Below are positions 44,422 to 53,743 of a DNA stretch of 64,000 nt, in pieces. This DNA is from a virus. Lineage: Duplodnaviria > Caudoviricetes. Positions within the stretch are counted from its first letter, which is position 1. Every line of letters begins with the position of its first letter. The notes below the pieces were generated by a model, which worked only from the letters and a program-made list of their open reading frames with translations, searched no databases and had not been told where the DNA came from. The position numbers and the translations under genes were made by a program. The stretch is taken from IMG/VR virus record IMGVR_UViG_3300027971_004105. One strand, given 5' to 3'.

Positions 44422-47400
44422 ATGGCTAAAAAACAGTTAAAAAATTTTATATTTGAACCAGGTATTGGCAAGGATGATGGTCTATATCCCAATGCTGCCA
44501 CACTGGTACTGGCCAACAAAGCATTTTTACAACAACAGGTTGTAGCATACATCAACTACAACATCGCCAACAGCATTGCACCTTATGTGGGATATACCTA
44601 CGCTTCACAAAAATGTATCAGAGACGTGGGGTATTTCATAGACGCAGTCACACACGATTTAAGATATGGTGGCAATGTTAAATGTCGTCAGGTGGCAGAT
44701 TATTTTTGGATAGACGGAGAACCTCAGATCCGAGGTGATGTCACACCAGAGACCACTGGACAGGCCTATCTGCGTGATATTATCAATCAATTCATACTGA
44801 CCAAAACACCAGTCACTCCCACCTACGGCAATACCACACCTCAGGTATTCACTGCAGGCATCAGCACAGAGAGTGATGCTGCCACTGCCAACATAGTGTT
44901 GTGGAATATTTTCAGCACAGTGATCACCAACGGTCCCAGTGCAATGCCAGCCAAGGTACCAGGTGTGTCTTCCATCAGAGTGATTGGACAGATTGATCCC
45001 GCCAGCATATTATTGATTACTGATGTGGATTCAGGAAATATCTTATACAGTTTTGCTGATCCTGCCAATAGTATTTCTGTGACCTATAAACAAGGACGCA
45101 GCAGCGGCGACGGCAATTTATTAAGTGATTTGGATTGGCCCACTTGGTGGCAGACCAGTGATTCAATCACCACCATAGACTTGAGTGCTGATACCAGCAC
45201 ACTCACTGTGGATTCTAATATACAATTTTTTGTGGAAGAAGCTGCACAAACAATCAGACCTTGGGAATTCGGCACAGATGCCATTGAACGTATGCGTGTG
45301 GCAGCGCCTCAGGCCATGTTGGATGCTGACTTTGAATATGGATTACAACCAACCAAATGGCAGGCTCTGGGCACTTTGAGAATGTATCCTTCCACATATG
45401 AAGTACCTGGCAGCGATCTGACTGTGTTGAGTTGTGTTACTGATGCATCAGTGAACACTGGATTTTTTGGTAGTTCATTGATCACTGTGACCACTTCAGG
45501 AGTGCATGGATTCACAGTGGGTCAACCCATTTCTGTGAAAGGATTAAACAGCACTGTGTCAGGATTTGCCAGAGCAGAAGGATCTTTTTTAGTGTACAGT
45601 GTGCCTAGTTCTGTGAGTTTCACTTACTATGCCAGTGCTAGAGTAGGCACCAGCAACGAACAAAGTTTGTTGACTTCATTCATACAGATACGTCAAGCAC
45701 AATTTTTCACAGGTGCTTCCATAGGTCAGCCCAGTTTTTCAGTGTTCACCAATGGTACCACACTCAGCATAGTCACTGCATTATTGGCCACCACAGGAGC
45801 CACGTCATTTGTTTACATCGGATCAGCACCTACTGTGGGTTCACCCATAACAGGTCCTGCAGAAATTCCAGTGGGCACCAGTGTGTCAGGCACAGTGGGC
45901 GCTGCTTCTGTGACCACCAATGTGTTATTGAACACTCTGGTCACTGACACTCAAATTAGTTTGACCAATCTCACTGGCATACAAACCAGCATGGCTTTGG
46001 ACGTGGGCGGCACAGCATCCACCATCAACACCATAGTGGGCAGTGCATTATCATTGAGCAATCAATTGGGCGTGGCATACAAAGGTAGAGATGGTGTCAA
46101 CAATGCTGTGACTGGCACTCTCACTGCTCCAGTAGGAGTAGGTGCACAATTTAATGTGACTCGCAGTGCTGGAGTATACACTTTGGTTCAAACTCCAGGA
46201 GCATCACCCACACCATTCAACTATCAAAAAGGTGACAGATTAAAAATATTAGGCACCAGTTTGGGTGGCGCTACACCAGCCAATGACGTTAATATTTTAA
46301 TCACTGCCGCAGGCACTGGTGGTGACATAGACTCATTCACATTCACAGGCACTTCCATCTTGGGCGGTGCCACTTACCTCAACATAGGACACACCGGTTA
46401 CACCGGCAGCACAGGCAGTGGATTTCAAATCAATGTCACCAGAACAGGTGGCACAGGCACATATTCTATCAGCTCAGTAGCAGCAGGCACTGGTTATGTT
46501 GTGACTGAACAGGTCACATTTGCAGGCACTCTTTTTGGTGGCACATCACCAGCCAATGACATTGTGTTGGAAATAGCTTCTGTGACTGGCACAGGCGATG
46601 TATTAACTTTCACACCAGTGGGCTCACCAGTGGGGTCATCAGGAGATGTCACTTATTCAGGCACACCAGCTCCCAACGTGTCACACTTGGGCAATGGAGC
46701 AGAATTTAACATAACCAGAAGCAATGGAGCATATTCAGTCACACTGAACAATGCAGGCACATTGTATGAAGAAGGCAACACAGTTGCAGTATCGGGCACC
46801 ACACTGAATGGTGCTACTCCAACCAACGATGCCACCATTGAAATCACAGGAGTCACAGGAGGAGTCATAGACACAATCACCATCAGTGGAGTGGGTTATG
46901 CAGGTGATTCCATCACAGTGTATCCTACAGTGAGCATCAGTGAACCCATCACTGGCAACATCGCTGCTGGCACAGCTCTAAACGTGGGAGCCATTGCCAC
47001 TGTACAAGTGGATTTTCAAGCTCCACACGGATTGGTTCCAGGCACCACCATATTGAGTCAGGTCACTTCGCAACCTGCACCAGAATTAGCATCCACAGCT
47101 AGAACCATCACAGGCAGCGGCACATGGTCTGTGGCTGCTCTGGGTGGAACTTTTGTGGCAGTGAGATCCGGTGCCACAGCCACACAGAGATCCACCAACG
47201 GACAAACTTGGGCAGCAGGCGGAGCATTGGATTCAACAGCTTCATGGATTTCCGTGGCAGCTGGCAGAGTGAGTGGCGTTGATTATTTTGTGGTTATAGC
47301 TTCTGGCAGCACTTCTGCTGCTTGGTCTGTGAACAGTGGACAGAGTTGGACTGCTGCTGCTCTACCCAGCGGCGCCAACTGGAGCAAAGTGGCCTATGGT

Positions 47401-50400
47401 GACGGTGTATTTGTGGCTGTGTCCACAGGTGGCACTGCTGCTGCCTACAGCACTGATGGTGGAGCCAATTGGTCAGCCAGCACACTGCCCAGCAGCGGCA
47501 CATGGACCGGCGTAGCCTCAGGTTTGATAGGAACTTCCACATATTTTGTAGCAGTGGCTTCAGGCGGCACGGTGGCTGCATATTCACCAGACTATGGAGT
47601 CAACTGGATTGCCACAGGAGCACTGCCAGCCTCAGCCACATGGAGTGCTGTGAGTTACGGCAACAACAGGTTTGTGGCCATCAGCTCCGGCAGTACCAAT
47701 GCAGCATTTTCCACCAATGGAACCACTTGGACACTGAGCACTCTGCCCAGCAGCACCACATGGAATGAAATAATTTACGGCGATGACGTATTTTTAATCA
47801 CTGCCACAGGCACCACATCAGCTCTCACTTCATTCACTGGTGAAACAGGATCATTCACTGCAAGAACTTTGGCCACTTCATCCACTTGGGATTCTTTGGC
47901 TTACACTTATTACACTGGTCAAGGATTTGGAAGATTTGTGCTCACTGATCAATCAACCACTGCATTGGAAATCAATCTCACTTCAGCCAATCACCAGTTG
48001 GGCACAGGACCACACGTGGTATCTTCAGTGCCCAGCCCAGCTACCATAAGATTTGTGGCCAGAACCACAGGCATCATCAATATCTCCGGCAGTTCTATCA
48101 CAGGAGTGGTGTATGCCAGACCAGACAGTTTCTTTGTGCATAGACCATTTGATGGTGGAGTACAGTTGGGCACAGGTAACCCCAGCCATGGTGCACAGGC
48201 CATCAGACAGAGCAAGAAATATATCAGATATCAATCAGGCAAAGGCATCATGTACACCACTGGAGGATTATTTGCTCCCAGTTACAATTTGTCAGGAGCC
48301 ACAGCATCTGGCACAGCAGTGAACAGTTTGATCACATTCACAGCAGATGACACAGATCACGGAGTGCAGGCAGGCTGTGTGATAGAAACCATAGGATTTG
48401 TGAGTTTTGAATACAATGGAGAATTCACTGTGGAGAGTGTGATAGATGCACGCAGTTTCACTGCCAGATCAGCAGTGGTATTGAGCACCACCACAGCACT
48501 GTTGGGCACTGAATGCAAAATGCTTATCAAATATTGGCATGGTTCAACTGTGCGTATAGGTGCATTTGATGAACAGAACGGAATATTCTATCAGTATGAT
48601 GGCGAAGAGATGGCAGTGGTGCGCAGAAGCAGCACCAATCAATTGACAGGTACCATTGCTGTGAACACAGACAGCAATCAAATCACTGGCACAGGCACAA
48701 GATTTCAAGATCAATTAAAAGTAGGAGATAAGATTGTAATCAGAGGCATGAGTCATTTGGTGACTCAATTGAATTCTCAAACAGCCATGACAGTGGCTCC
48801 AGACTGGCGAGGTGCCAACAGTATTGTGGGAGCCCGAGTGTGTATCACTGAAGAATTATATGTGCCACAGAGTCAATGGAATTTGGACAAATTGGATGGC
48901 ACAGGACCCAGCGGATATAATCTACTACCATGGCGCATGCAGATGTTGGGCATGCAGTATTCATGGTATGCAGCAGGATTCATTGAATGGATGCTGCGAG
49001 GAGCTGACGGAAAATTTGTGTTCTTACACAAGATAAGAAATTCCAATACCAACACCGAAGCTTACATGCGTACTGCCAACTTGCCTGTGAGATATGAAGT
49101 GGAAAATCGTTCAGCATTGAGTGAATTATACTCTGCAGTGAATTCTTCTCAAACCACCATAGAATTAGTTGATGCTCGTAGATTTCCTGACAATGGTGTA
49201 ATTTACGTAGGCAATGAATTGATATCATACAATGGAAAATCAGGCAGATCTTTGACTGGATGTACCCGATCAGCTTCATTTGGTTCATTCACTTCTGGAA
49301 TCAACAGAGTATACACAGGTGGCACAGCATCATCATATTCCGTGGGCACTGGAGTCACATTGGTCAGTTGCACAGCCACTCCCACTATCAGTCACTGGGG
49401 GTCAGCGTTGCTCACTGATGGTTTATTTGATGAAGACCGAGGATACATTTTTAACTATGCTGCCACAGGATTGAGTGTGAGCACTGCCAAACAGACTGCC
49501 TTTATGATCAGATTGGCTCCATCTGTTTCCAATGCATTGGTGGGAGATTTGGGTGAAAGAGATTTATTAAACAGAGCACAATTGTTATTGAATGAAGTGG
49601 CAGTGACCACTGACACAGGCTCAGGCACTGTGGTTATAGAAGGAGTATTGAATCCAAGAAATTATCCTGCCAATCCATCCAACATCACTTGGACAGGTCT
49701 GGCCAGCTCTGCTGCAGGAGGTCAACCAAGTTTTGCGCAGATAGCACTGGGGGGTTCTATCAACTGGGGAGGTGTGCCACTGACCACCACCACTGCTACC
49801 ATACAAGGAGCACTGACCACCACTGTGAATGCTAGAGGATTCTCCACTGTCACACAGAACTTGACAGCCATTGCCAACTCAGGATTTAGAACTCGTTCGT
49901 TTCAAACCACCTCCAATGATTTTTATATCACCAACACAGCTTATGATGCATTAACCAGTACTCCTTTGAGAGTGGGTGACAGACTGTCAGAGGGTACTTT
50001 TGTCACTGCAGGACAGAGTATTTCCAATATTACTCGTGCATATTTGGGGAGTATATACACCAGAATTGAAATGAGTTCTGCTGCCAACGGCAACAGTACT
50101 ATTGGTGTCAACGTGACCATCAGTGTGCAGAACAGTATCTCAACCAACTATGCCAGCGCCTATGTGAATGGCAGAACAGATTTTTTAATCACTAACGCAG
50201 AAGCAACATCTTCCAACATCACAGTGGGTGATGTATTGCTGGTCTCCACTTTTGTGATCAGCAGTCAGACAGTGGCCACCATCACCAGTTCATATGCCAC
50301 GGTCAGCGGAGTAGCTTACACACGCATAGTGATGAGCAGTGCAGCCAATGCCACTCAGGCAGTGAACACCGCCACTGCTACCACAGTCACAGCTGCCGGC

Positions 50401-50862
50401 ACAGGAGCAACTTACACAGGTAACTTCATATTCTTCACACAGGCCACTTGGAACAACTCGGGCGCTTCCAATGGTACCAGAGTGGCCACTTCATTCACAC
50501 AATTTCCAGCCAACACTTCTGTGAGTGCTGTGAGCAATAGAAGATTGGGCAGCACCACTGTGATCAGAGCCACGTTCACACAGACACTGGCCACTTTGGT
50601 GTCAGCTGCAGGCACAGTGACCTTCCAGTTTGGCGATCCACAGTTTGCACTGCCAGGTGAACAGGTGTTTTCATTCTTGTTGCAACCAGGAGCATTGGCT
50701 GCTTTGAGTTTGAAAGAATTAAAAGAGTTAACCACCACTGCCATAGGTGGCAGAGGCACGTTCCCCAATGGTCCAGACGTGTTGGCCATCAATATCTACA
50801 AGATATCAGGCTCAGCAGTGAATGGATCTGTTATTTTGCGATGGGGTGAAGCTCAGGCGTAA
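44422..50862 (+). CDS. Very large virion structural protein with BNR/propeller-like repeats
   Basis: 2146 aa Thr/Ser/Gly-rich; W..VAYG.G.FVAV repeats at about 47100-47950; TAAATA at 44389-44394. Confidence 0.7.
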   Translation: MAKKQLKNFIFEPGIGKDDGLYPNAATLVLANKAFLQQQVVAYINYNIANSIAPYVGYTYASQKCIRDVGYFIDAVTHDLRYGGNVKCRQVADYFWIDGEPQIRGDVTPETTGQAYLRDIINQFILTKTPVTPTYGNTTPQVFTAGISTESDAATANIVLWNIFSTVITNGPSAMPAKVPGVSSIRVIGQIDPASILLITDVDSGNILYSFADPANSISVTYKQGRSSGDGNLLSDLDWPTWWQTSDSITTIDLSADTSTLTVDSNIQFFVEEAAQTIRPWEFGTDAIERMRVAAPQAMLDADFEYGLQPTKWQALGTLRMYPSTYEVPGSDLTVLSCVTDASVNTGFFGSSLITVTTSGVHGFTVGQPISVKGLNSTVSGFARAEGSFLVYSVPSSVSFTYYASARVGTSNEQSLLTSFIQIRQAQFFTGASIGQPSFSVFTNGTTLSIVTALLATTGATSFVYIGSAPTVGSPITGPAEIPVGTSVSGTVGAASVTTNVLLNTLVTDTQISLTNLTGIQTSMALDVGGTASTINTIVGSALSLSNQLGVAYKGRDGVNNAVTGTLTAPVGVGAQFNVTRSAGVYTLVQTPGASPTPFNYQKGDRLKILGTSLGGATPANDVNILITAAGTGGDIDSFTFTGTSILGGATYLNIGHTGYTGSTGSGFQINVTRTGGTGTYSISSVAAGTGYVVTEQVTFAGTLFGGTSPANDIVLEIASVTGTGDVLTFTPVGSPVGSSGDVTYSGTPAPNVSHLGNGAEFNITRSNGAYSVTLNNAGTLYEEGNTVAVSGTTLNGATPTNDATIEITGVTGGVIDTITISGVGYAGDSITVYPTVSISEPITGNIAAGTALNVGAIATVQVDFQAPHGLVPGTTILSQVTSQPAPELASTARTITGSGTWSVAALGGTFVAVRSGATATQRSTNGQTWAAGGALDSTASWISVAAGRVSGVDYFVVIASGSTSAAWSVNSGQSWTAAALPSGANWSKVAYGDGVFVAVSTGGTAAAYSTDGGANWSASTLPSSGTWTGVASGLIGTSTYFVAVASGGTVAAYSPDYGVNWIATGALPASATWSAVSYGNNRFVAISSGSTNAAFSTNGTTWTLSTLPSSTTWNEIIYGDDVFLITATGTTSALTSFTGETGSFTARTLATSSTWDSLAYTYYTGQGFGRFVLTDQSTTALEINLTSANHQLGTGPHVVSSVPSPATIRFVARTTGIINISGSSITGVVYARPDSFFVHRPFDGGVQLGTGNPSHGAQAIRQSKKYIRYQSGKGIMYTTGGLFAPSYNLSGATASGTAVNSLITFTADDTDHGVQAGCVIETIGFVSFEYNGEFTVESVIDARSFTARSAVVLSTTTALLGTECKMLIKYWHGSTVRIGAFDEQNGIFYQYDGEEMAVVRRSSTNQLTGTIAVNTDSNQITGTGTRFQDQLKVGDKIVIRGMSHLVTQLNSQTAMTVAPDWRGANSIVGARVCITEELYVPQSQWNLDKLDGTGPSGYNLLPWRMQMLGMQYSWYAAGFIEWMLRGADGKFVFLHKIRNSNTNTEAYMRTANLPVRYEVENRSALSELYSAVNSSQTTIELVDARRFPDNGVIYVGNELISYNGKSGRSLTGCTRSASFGSFTSGINRVYTGGTASSYSVGTGVTLVSCTATPTISHWGSALLTDGLFDEDRGYIFNYAATGLSVSTAKQTAFMIRLAPSVSNALVGDLGERDLLNRAQLLLNEVAVTTDTGSGTVVIEGVLNPRNYPANPSNITWTGLASSAAGGQPSFAQIALGGSINWGGVPLTTTTATIQGALTTTVNARGFSTVTQNLTAIANSGFRTRSFQTTSNDFYITNTAYDALTSTPLRVGDRLSEGTFVTAGQSISNITRAYLGSIYTRIEMSSAANGNSTIGVNVTISVQNSISTNYASAYVNGRTDFLITNAEATSSNITVGDVLLVSTFVISSQTVATITSSYATVSGVAYTRIVMSSAANATQAVNTATATTVTAAGTGATYTGNFIFFTQATWNNSGASNGTRVATSFTQFPANTSVSAVSNRRLGSTTVIRATFTQTLATLVSAAGTVTFQFGDPQFALPGEQVFSFLLQPGALAALSLKELKELTTTAIGGRGTFPNGPDVLAINIYKISGSAVNGSVILRWGEAQA

Positions 50863-51235
50863 CAGTTTTTTGACTGTCACCAGGCACTATTCTATAATTG
50901 TCTTCCACGCTGTCTGCAGTGGAAACTTCTGTGATTGAACTGTTGTCCAACACAGCTTCCAATTGATGAGGTTGTAGAGGAGGATTGTGCCAAGTTTGAC
51001 CTTCGCTTAATTCCTTCTGATATATTTTAGCATCCTTGGTGTCTATCCAACGCACTAAAAATTTTCCAGAATTCACAAACCAAGTTTCCTCTTTGTGTTT
51101 GTGAAAATGCAGTGAACACTTGTTGCCTGCTTTGGTAAACACTAAAATTTTTCCACAGTAATTGTCATTGGTGGCCCATATTAATTCATAACCCCAACCT
51201 TTGTCTATTTTGCCTTCTTGTCTATTCACGGTCAT
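50831..51235 (-). CDS. Cupin resembling the type II phosphomannose isomerase C-terminal domain
   Basis: KGWG..., SLHFHKHKEETWFVNSG, H motif in PLQPHQL. Confidence 0.7.
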   Translation of the reverse strand: MTVNRQEGKIDKGWGYELIWATNDNYCGKILVFTKAGNKCSLHFHKHKEETWFVNSGKFLVRWIDTKDAKIYQKELSEGQTWHNPPLQPHQLEAVLDNSSITEVSTADSVEDNYRIVPGDSQKTVTPELHPIAK

Positions 51236-52049
51236 TGCGAATATATTCCTCTATGGTTTTGTATTGGATGTTCACATGAGTATTTAAAAGAGTTGTGTCA
51301 GCACAGGTATAAGTTTGATACTGTGCTTTTAATTGTGTTGGCATGGGCACTAATTCTATACGAGCATTGTATTTTTTGGCAATTATTTCTGCTACTTCAG
51401 CAAAACTTGTGGGTGTTCCTGTGCCCACATTAAAAATACCACTCACATCTTTGGTCAACATTTGTTCATGCACATCACAAACATCATCCACGCACACAAA
51501 ATCTCTCAGATATTTTTCACTATTTTCAAAAAGTTTAATTACTCCTGCTTGTTGAGCTTGTTGAATAAATTTTGAAATGGGCGATGCTTGGTTGCCTTTG
51601 TGTTCTTCATGTGCTCCATACACATTAAAATATCTAAATCCTTGCACTGATATGTTGTATTCACTGTAAGGAACAGATTTAATCATTCTATCAAACAAAA
51701 ATTTACTCCAAGCATAAGCACTCAATGGAGACATGGCAGCATCTTCTTTGAAATTTTTTGTTAGACCATACACACTGGCTGAGCTGGCGTATTGAAAATT
51801 AATACCCATCATATCACACAGGTACAATAATTTACAACTGAAATCAAAATTTTGAATCATTATTTTTTCCACATCTGTTTCTGTGGTGCTGCTGATAGCA
51901 CCCAAGTGTATCACTTGATCGTGTTTGGTTACATCTGGCATCACATCAGGAATATAATCATATCCTTCCACTGTGTGTCCTTTGTTCACAAGATGTTTGA
52001 ATAGATTTTGACCGATAAATCCTTTGTGTCCTGTGATTAATATTCTCAT
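51222..52049 (-). CDS. hldD: ADP-L-glycero-D-manno-heptose 6-epimerase-like extended SDR
   Basis: GHKGFIG, HLGAISSTTE, YASSASVYG, YAWSK, RYFNVYG.HEEHKG, RDFVCVDDV. Confidence 0.8.
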   Translation of the reverse strand: MRILITGHKGFIGQNLFKHLVNKGHTVEGYDYIPDVMPDVTKHDQVIHLGAISSTTETDVEKIMIQNFDFSCKLLYLCDMMGINFQYASSASVYGLTKNFKEDAAMSPLSAYAWSKFLFDRMIKSVPYSEYNISVQGFRYFNVYGAHEEHKGNQASPISKFIQQAQQAGVIKLFENSEKYLRDFVCVDDVCDVHEQMLTKDVSGIFNVGTGTPTSFAEVAEIIAKKYNARIELVPMPTQLKAQYQTYTCADTTLLNTHVNIQYKTIEEYIRNDRE

Positions 52050-53296
52050 GATTGTAATCTATCTATAATTTTTGTGGTGGAAAATCCTTCCACGGTGGGA
52101 AATATAATCACTCGTGCCAACTCATTGCCTACTGTGGTGGACACTGTGTAATCTCCACCTTTGACAATAATGTCTGGTTTAATTTCTTCTATGATTCTTT
52201 GTGGAGTATCTTCTGTGAATAGCACTACTTCGTCCACCCAAGGCAACATTTCCAATTGACGTTTTCTTGTGGCATAATCATTCACTGGTCTGCCTTCACC
52301 TTTTAATCTACGCACACTGGCATCATCGTTGATGCCTACTATTAACTTTTTACCTTGATTCCTAGCAAACTTTAATAATTCCAAATGTCCTGTGTGTAAT
52401 ATATCAAACACTCCATTGGTCCATACTGTGCCTTTGTTCAAATCTTCTTTGGTGACAGGCACAACACCAAACTTTTCCACATTTCTTGCTGCAGCATAGC
52501 ATGCCAATTCACAAGCACGTGGCACAGTCATGCCTTGTTTGATACCATATGCTATCACGGCCAACACAGTATCACCTGCTCCGGTGACATCTGCCACTTC
52601 TCTCACGGGTTCTTTCACATGTGAGTACGATCCTTCTTTGGAAATGATATGAATACCTTTAGCTCCATCAGTGATTATAAGCCATGTCCAACTGTGTGTT
52701 TGAGCAAATTTCACAGCTGAATCCACATCAAAAGTGCCATTCCATGATTCATATTCTTTCATGTTGGGCTTAACTAAAAATGCTCCATCATAATAATCAG
52801 CAGATTGTTTGGGATCTACCAACACCCATTGAGTTTTTTCTAAAATGTTTTTTACTGTGTGAGATTTAATAACTCCTTTGGCATAATCACTGATTAATAC
52901 CATACTTTTTTCTGTGAGAGAAAATAACAGTTGAGATAAACAACTATCTTTGATGTATTGTTTTTCTCTATCCCAACGCAGTATGTGTTGCCCTCTTTGT
53001 TCAACCAATCTTATTTTTGTTGTGGTAATAGGAGCATCTTCTGCTATGGATAAAAATACATTGCTGTTTTTTAATAAGTTTACTAAACTGTAACCGTCTG
53101 TGTCTTTGCCCACTGCTCCATACAATTGTACATCATTGTGAATGGCAGCCATATTCACTGCTAAATTAGCAGCACCACCTGGAGAAACTTTTTGATTTTG
53201 TTCTAATAAAATAGGAATGGGTGCTTCAGGTGACATGCGATCAGCAGTGCCCACGATCCAACGATCCAGCATGATATCACCAAGTATTTTGATCAT
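52046..53296 (-). CDS. hldE: Bifunctional heptose-7-phosphate kinase / heptose-1-phosphate adenylyltransferase
   Basis: GDIMLD....RMSPEAPIP, PGGAANLA, SDYAKG, KPN..E, DVTGAGDT, then TNGVFDILHTGH, GINDDASVRRLKG..RP, KGGDY, STT. Confidence 0.92.
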   Translation of the reverse strand: MIKILGDIMLDRWIVGTADRMSPEAPIPILLEQNQKVSPGGAANLAVNMAAIHNDVQLYGAVGKDTDGYSLVNLLKNSNVFLSIAEDAPITTTKIRLVEQRGQHILRWDREKQYIKDSCLSQLLFSLTEKSMVLISDYAKGVIKSHTVKNILEKTQWVLVDPKQSADYYDGAFLVKPNMKEYESWNGTFDVDSAVKFAQTHSWTWLIITDGAKGIHIISKEGSYSHVKEPVREVADVTGAGDTVLAVIAYGIKQGMTVPRACELACYAAARNVEKFGVVPVTKEDLNKGTVWTNGVFDILHTGHLELLKFARNQGKKLIVGINDDASVRRLKGEGRPVNDYATRKRQLEMLPWVDEVVLFTEDTPQRIIEEIKPDIIVKGGDYTVSTTVGNELARVIIFPTVEGFSTTKIIDRLQS

Positions 53297-53730
53297 TATA
53301 GAAATTTTAACATCTTAAAAACTGTTTCCAGTTTTATTTGATTATTTTTGTTTTGTAATGTATTTCTCAATCCTTGATGTAAAGGTTTGGGCCATTTGCC
53401 AAATATTACCCAAGCGTAGCCATCGTGTTCTTCATTTAATTTAGGGATAAACTCATTTTTTACCACACACAGATAGGTATGATATAAAAAGTTTTCATCA
53501 TTGCTCACAAACGTTTCTAAAGGTATAGTTTTGGTAATATTTACAGAACCAATTTCTTCACTGATTTCTCTTTTGAGCGATTCCCAAGGTGTTTCGCTTG
53601 CAATATTCTTGCCGCCCACTAATCCCCACACGTTGGATTGTTTGCTTTGAGTTCTGTGTAAAAACAAAAATCTTTTGGTGTCTAGATTATAGAACAAGGC
53701 TCCGCAGCCAATTATTTTCTTATTGGTCAT
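53296..53730 (-). CDS. Nudix hydrolase
   Basis: Nudix box G-KNIAS-E-TPWESLK-REISEEIG; LNEEHDGYAW. Confidence 0.85.
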   Translation of the reverse strand: MTNKKIIGCGALFYNLDTKRFLFLHRTQSKQSNVWGLVGGKNIASETPWESLKREISEEIGSVNITKTIPLETFVSNDENFLYHTYLCVVKNEFIPKLNEEHDGYAWVIFGKWPKPLHQGLRNTLQNKNNQIKLETVFKMLKFL

Positions 53731-53743
53731 ACTGATAATTATG

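Noticed and set aside
44397-44429. 10-codon upstream ORF (MSKHNSVKNG) overlapping the 44422 start
   Set aside because: ATG is only 2 nt after TAAATA, probably upstream of the transcript start; no SD
13145-50862. Diversity-generating retroelement or invertible tail-fibre switch
   Set aside because: No reverse transcriptase or invertase in the window, repeat mismatches are not adenine-specific, and no inverted cassettes were seen
39491-53296. LPS-type genes as host chromosomal contamination or prophage flank
   Set aside because: They are interleaved and overlapped with phage structural genes, share phage-like composition and promoters, and no host housekeeping genes accompany them
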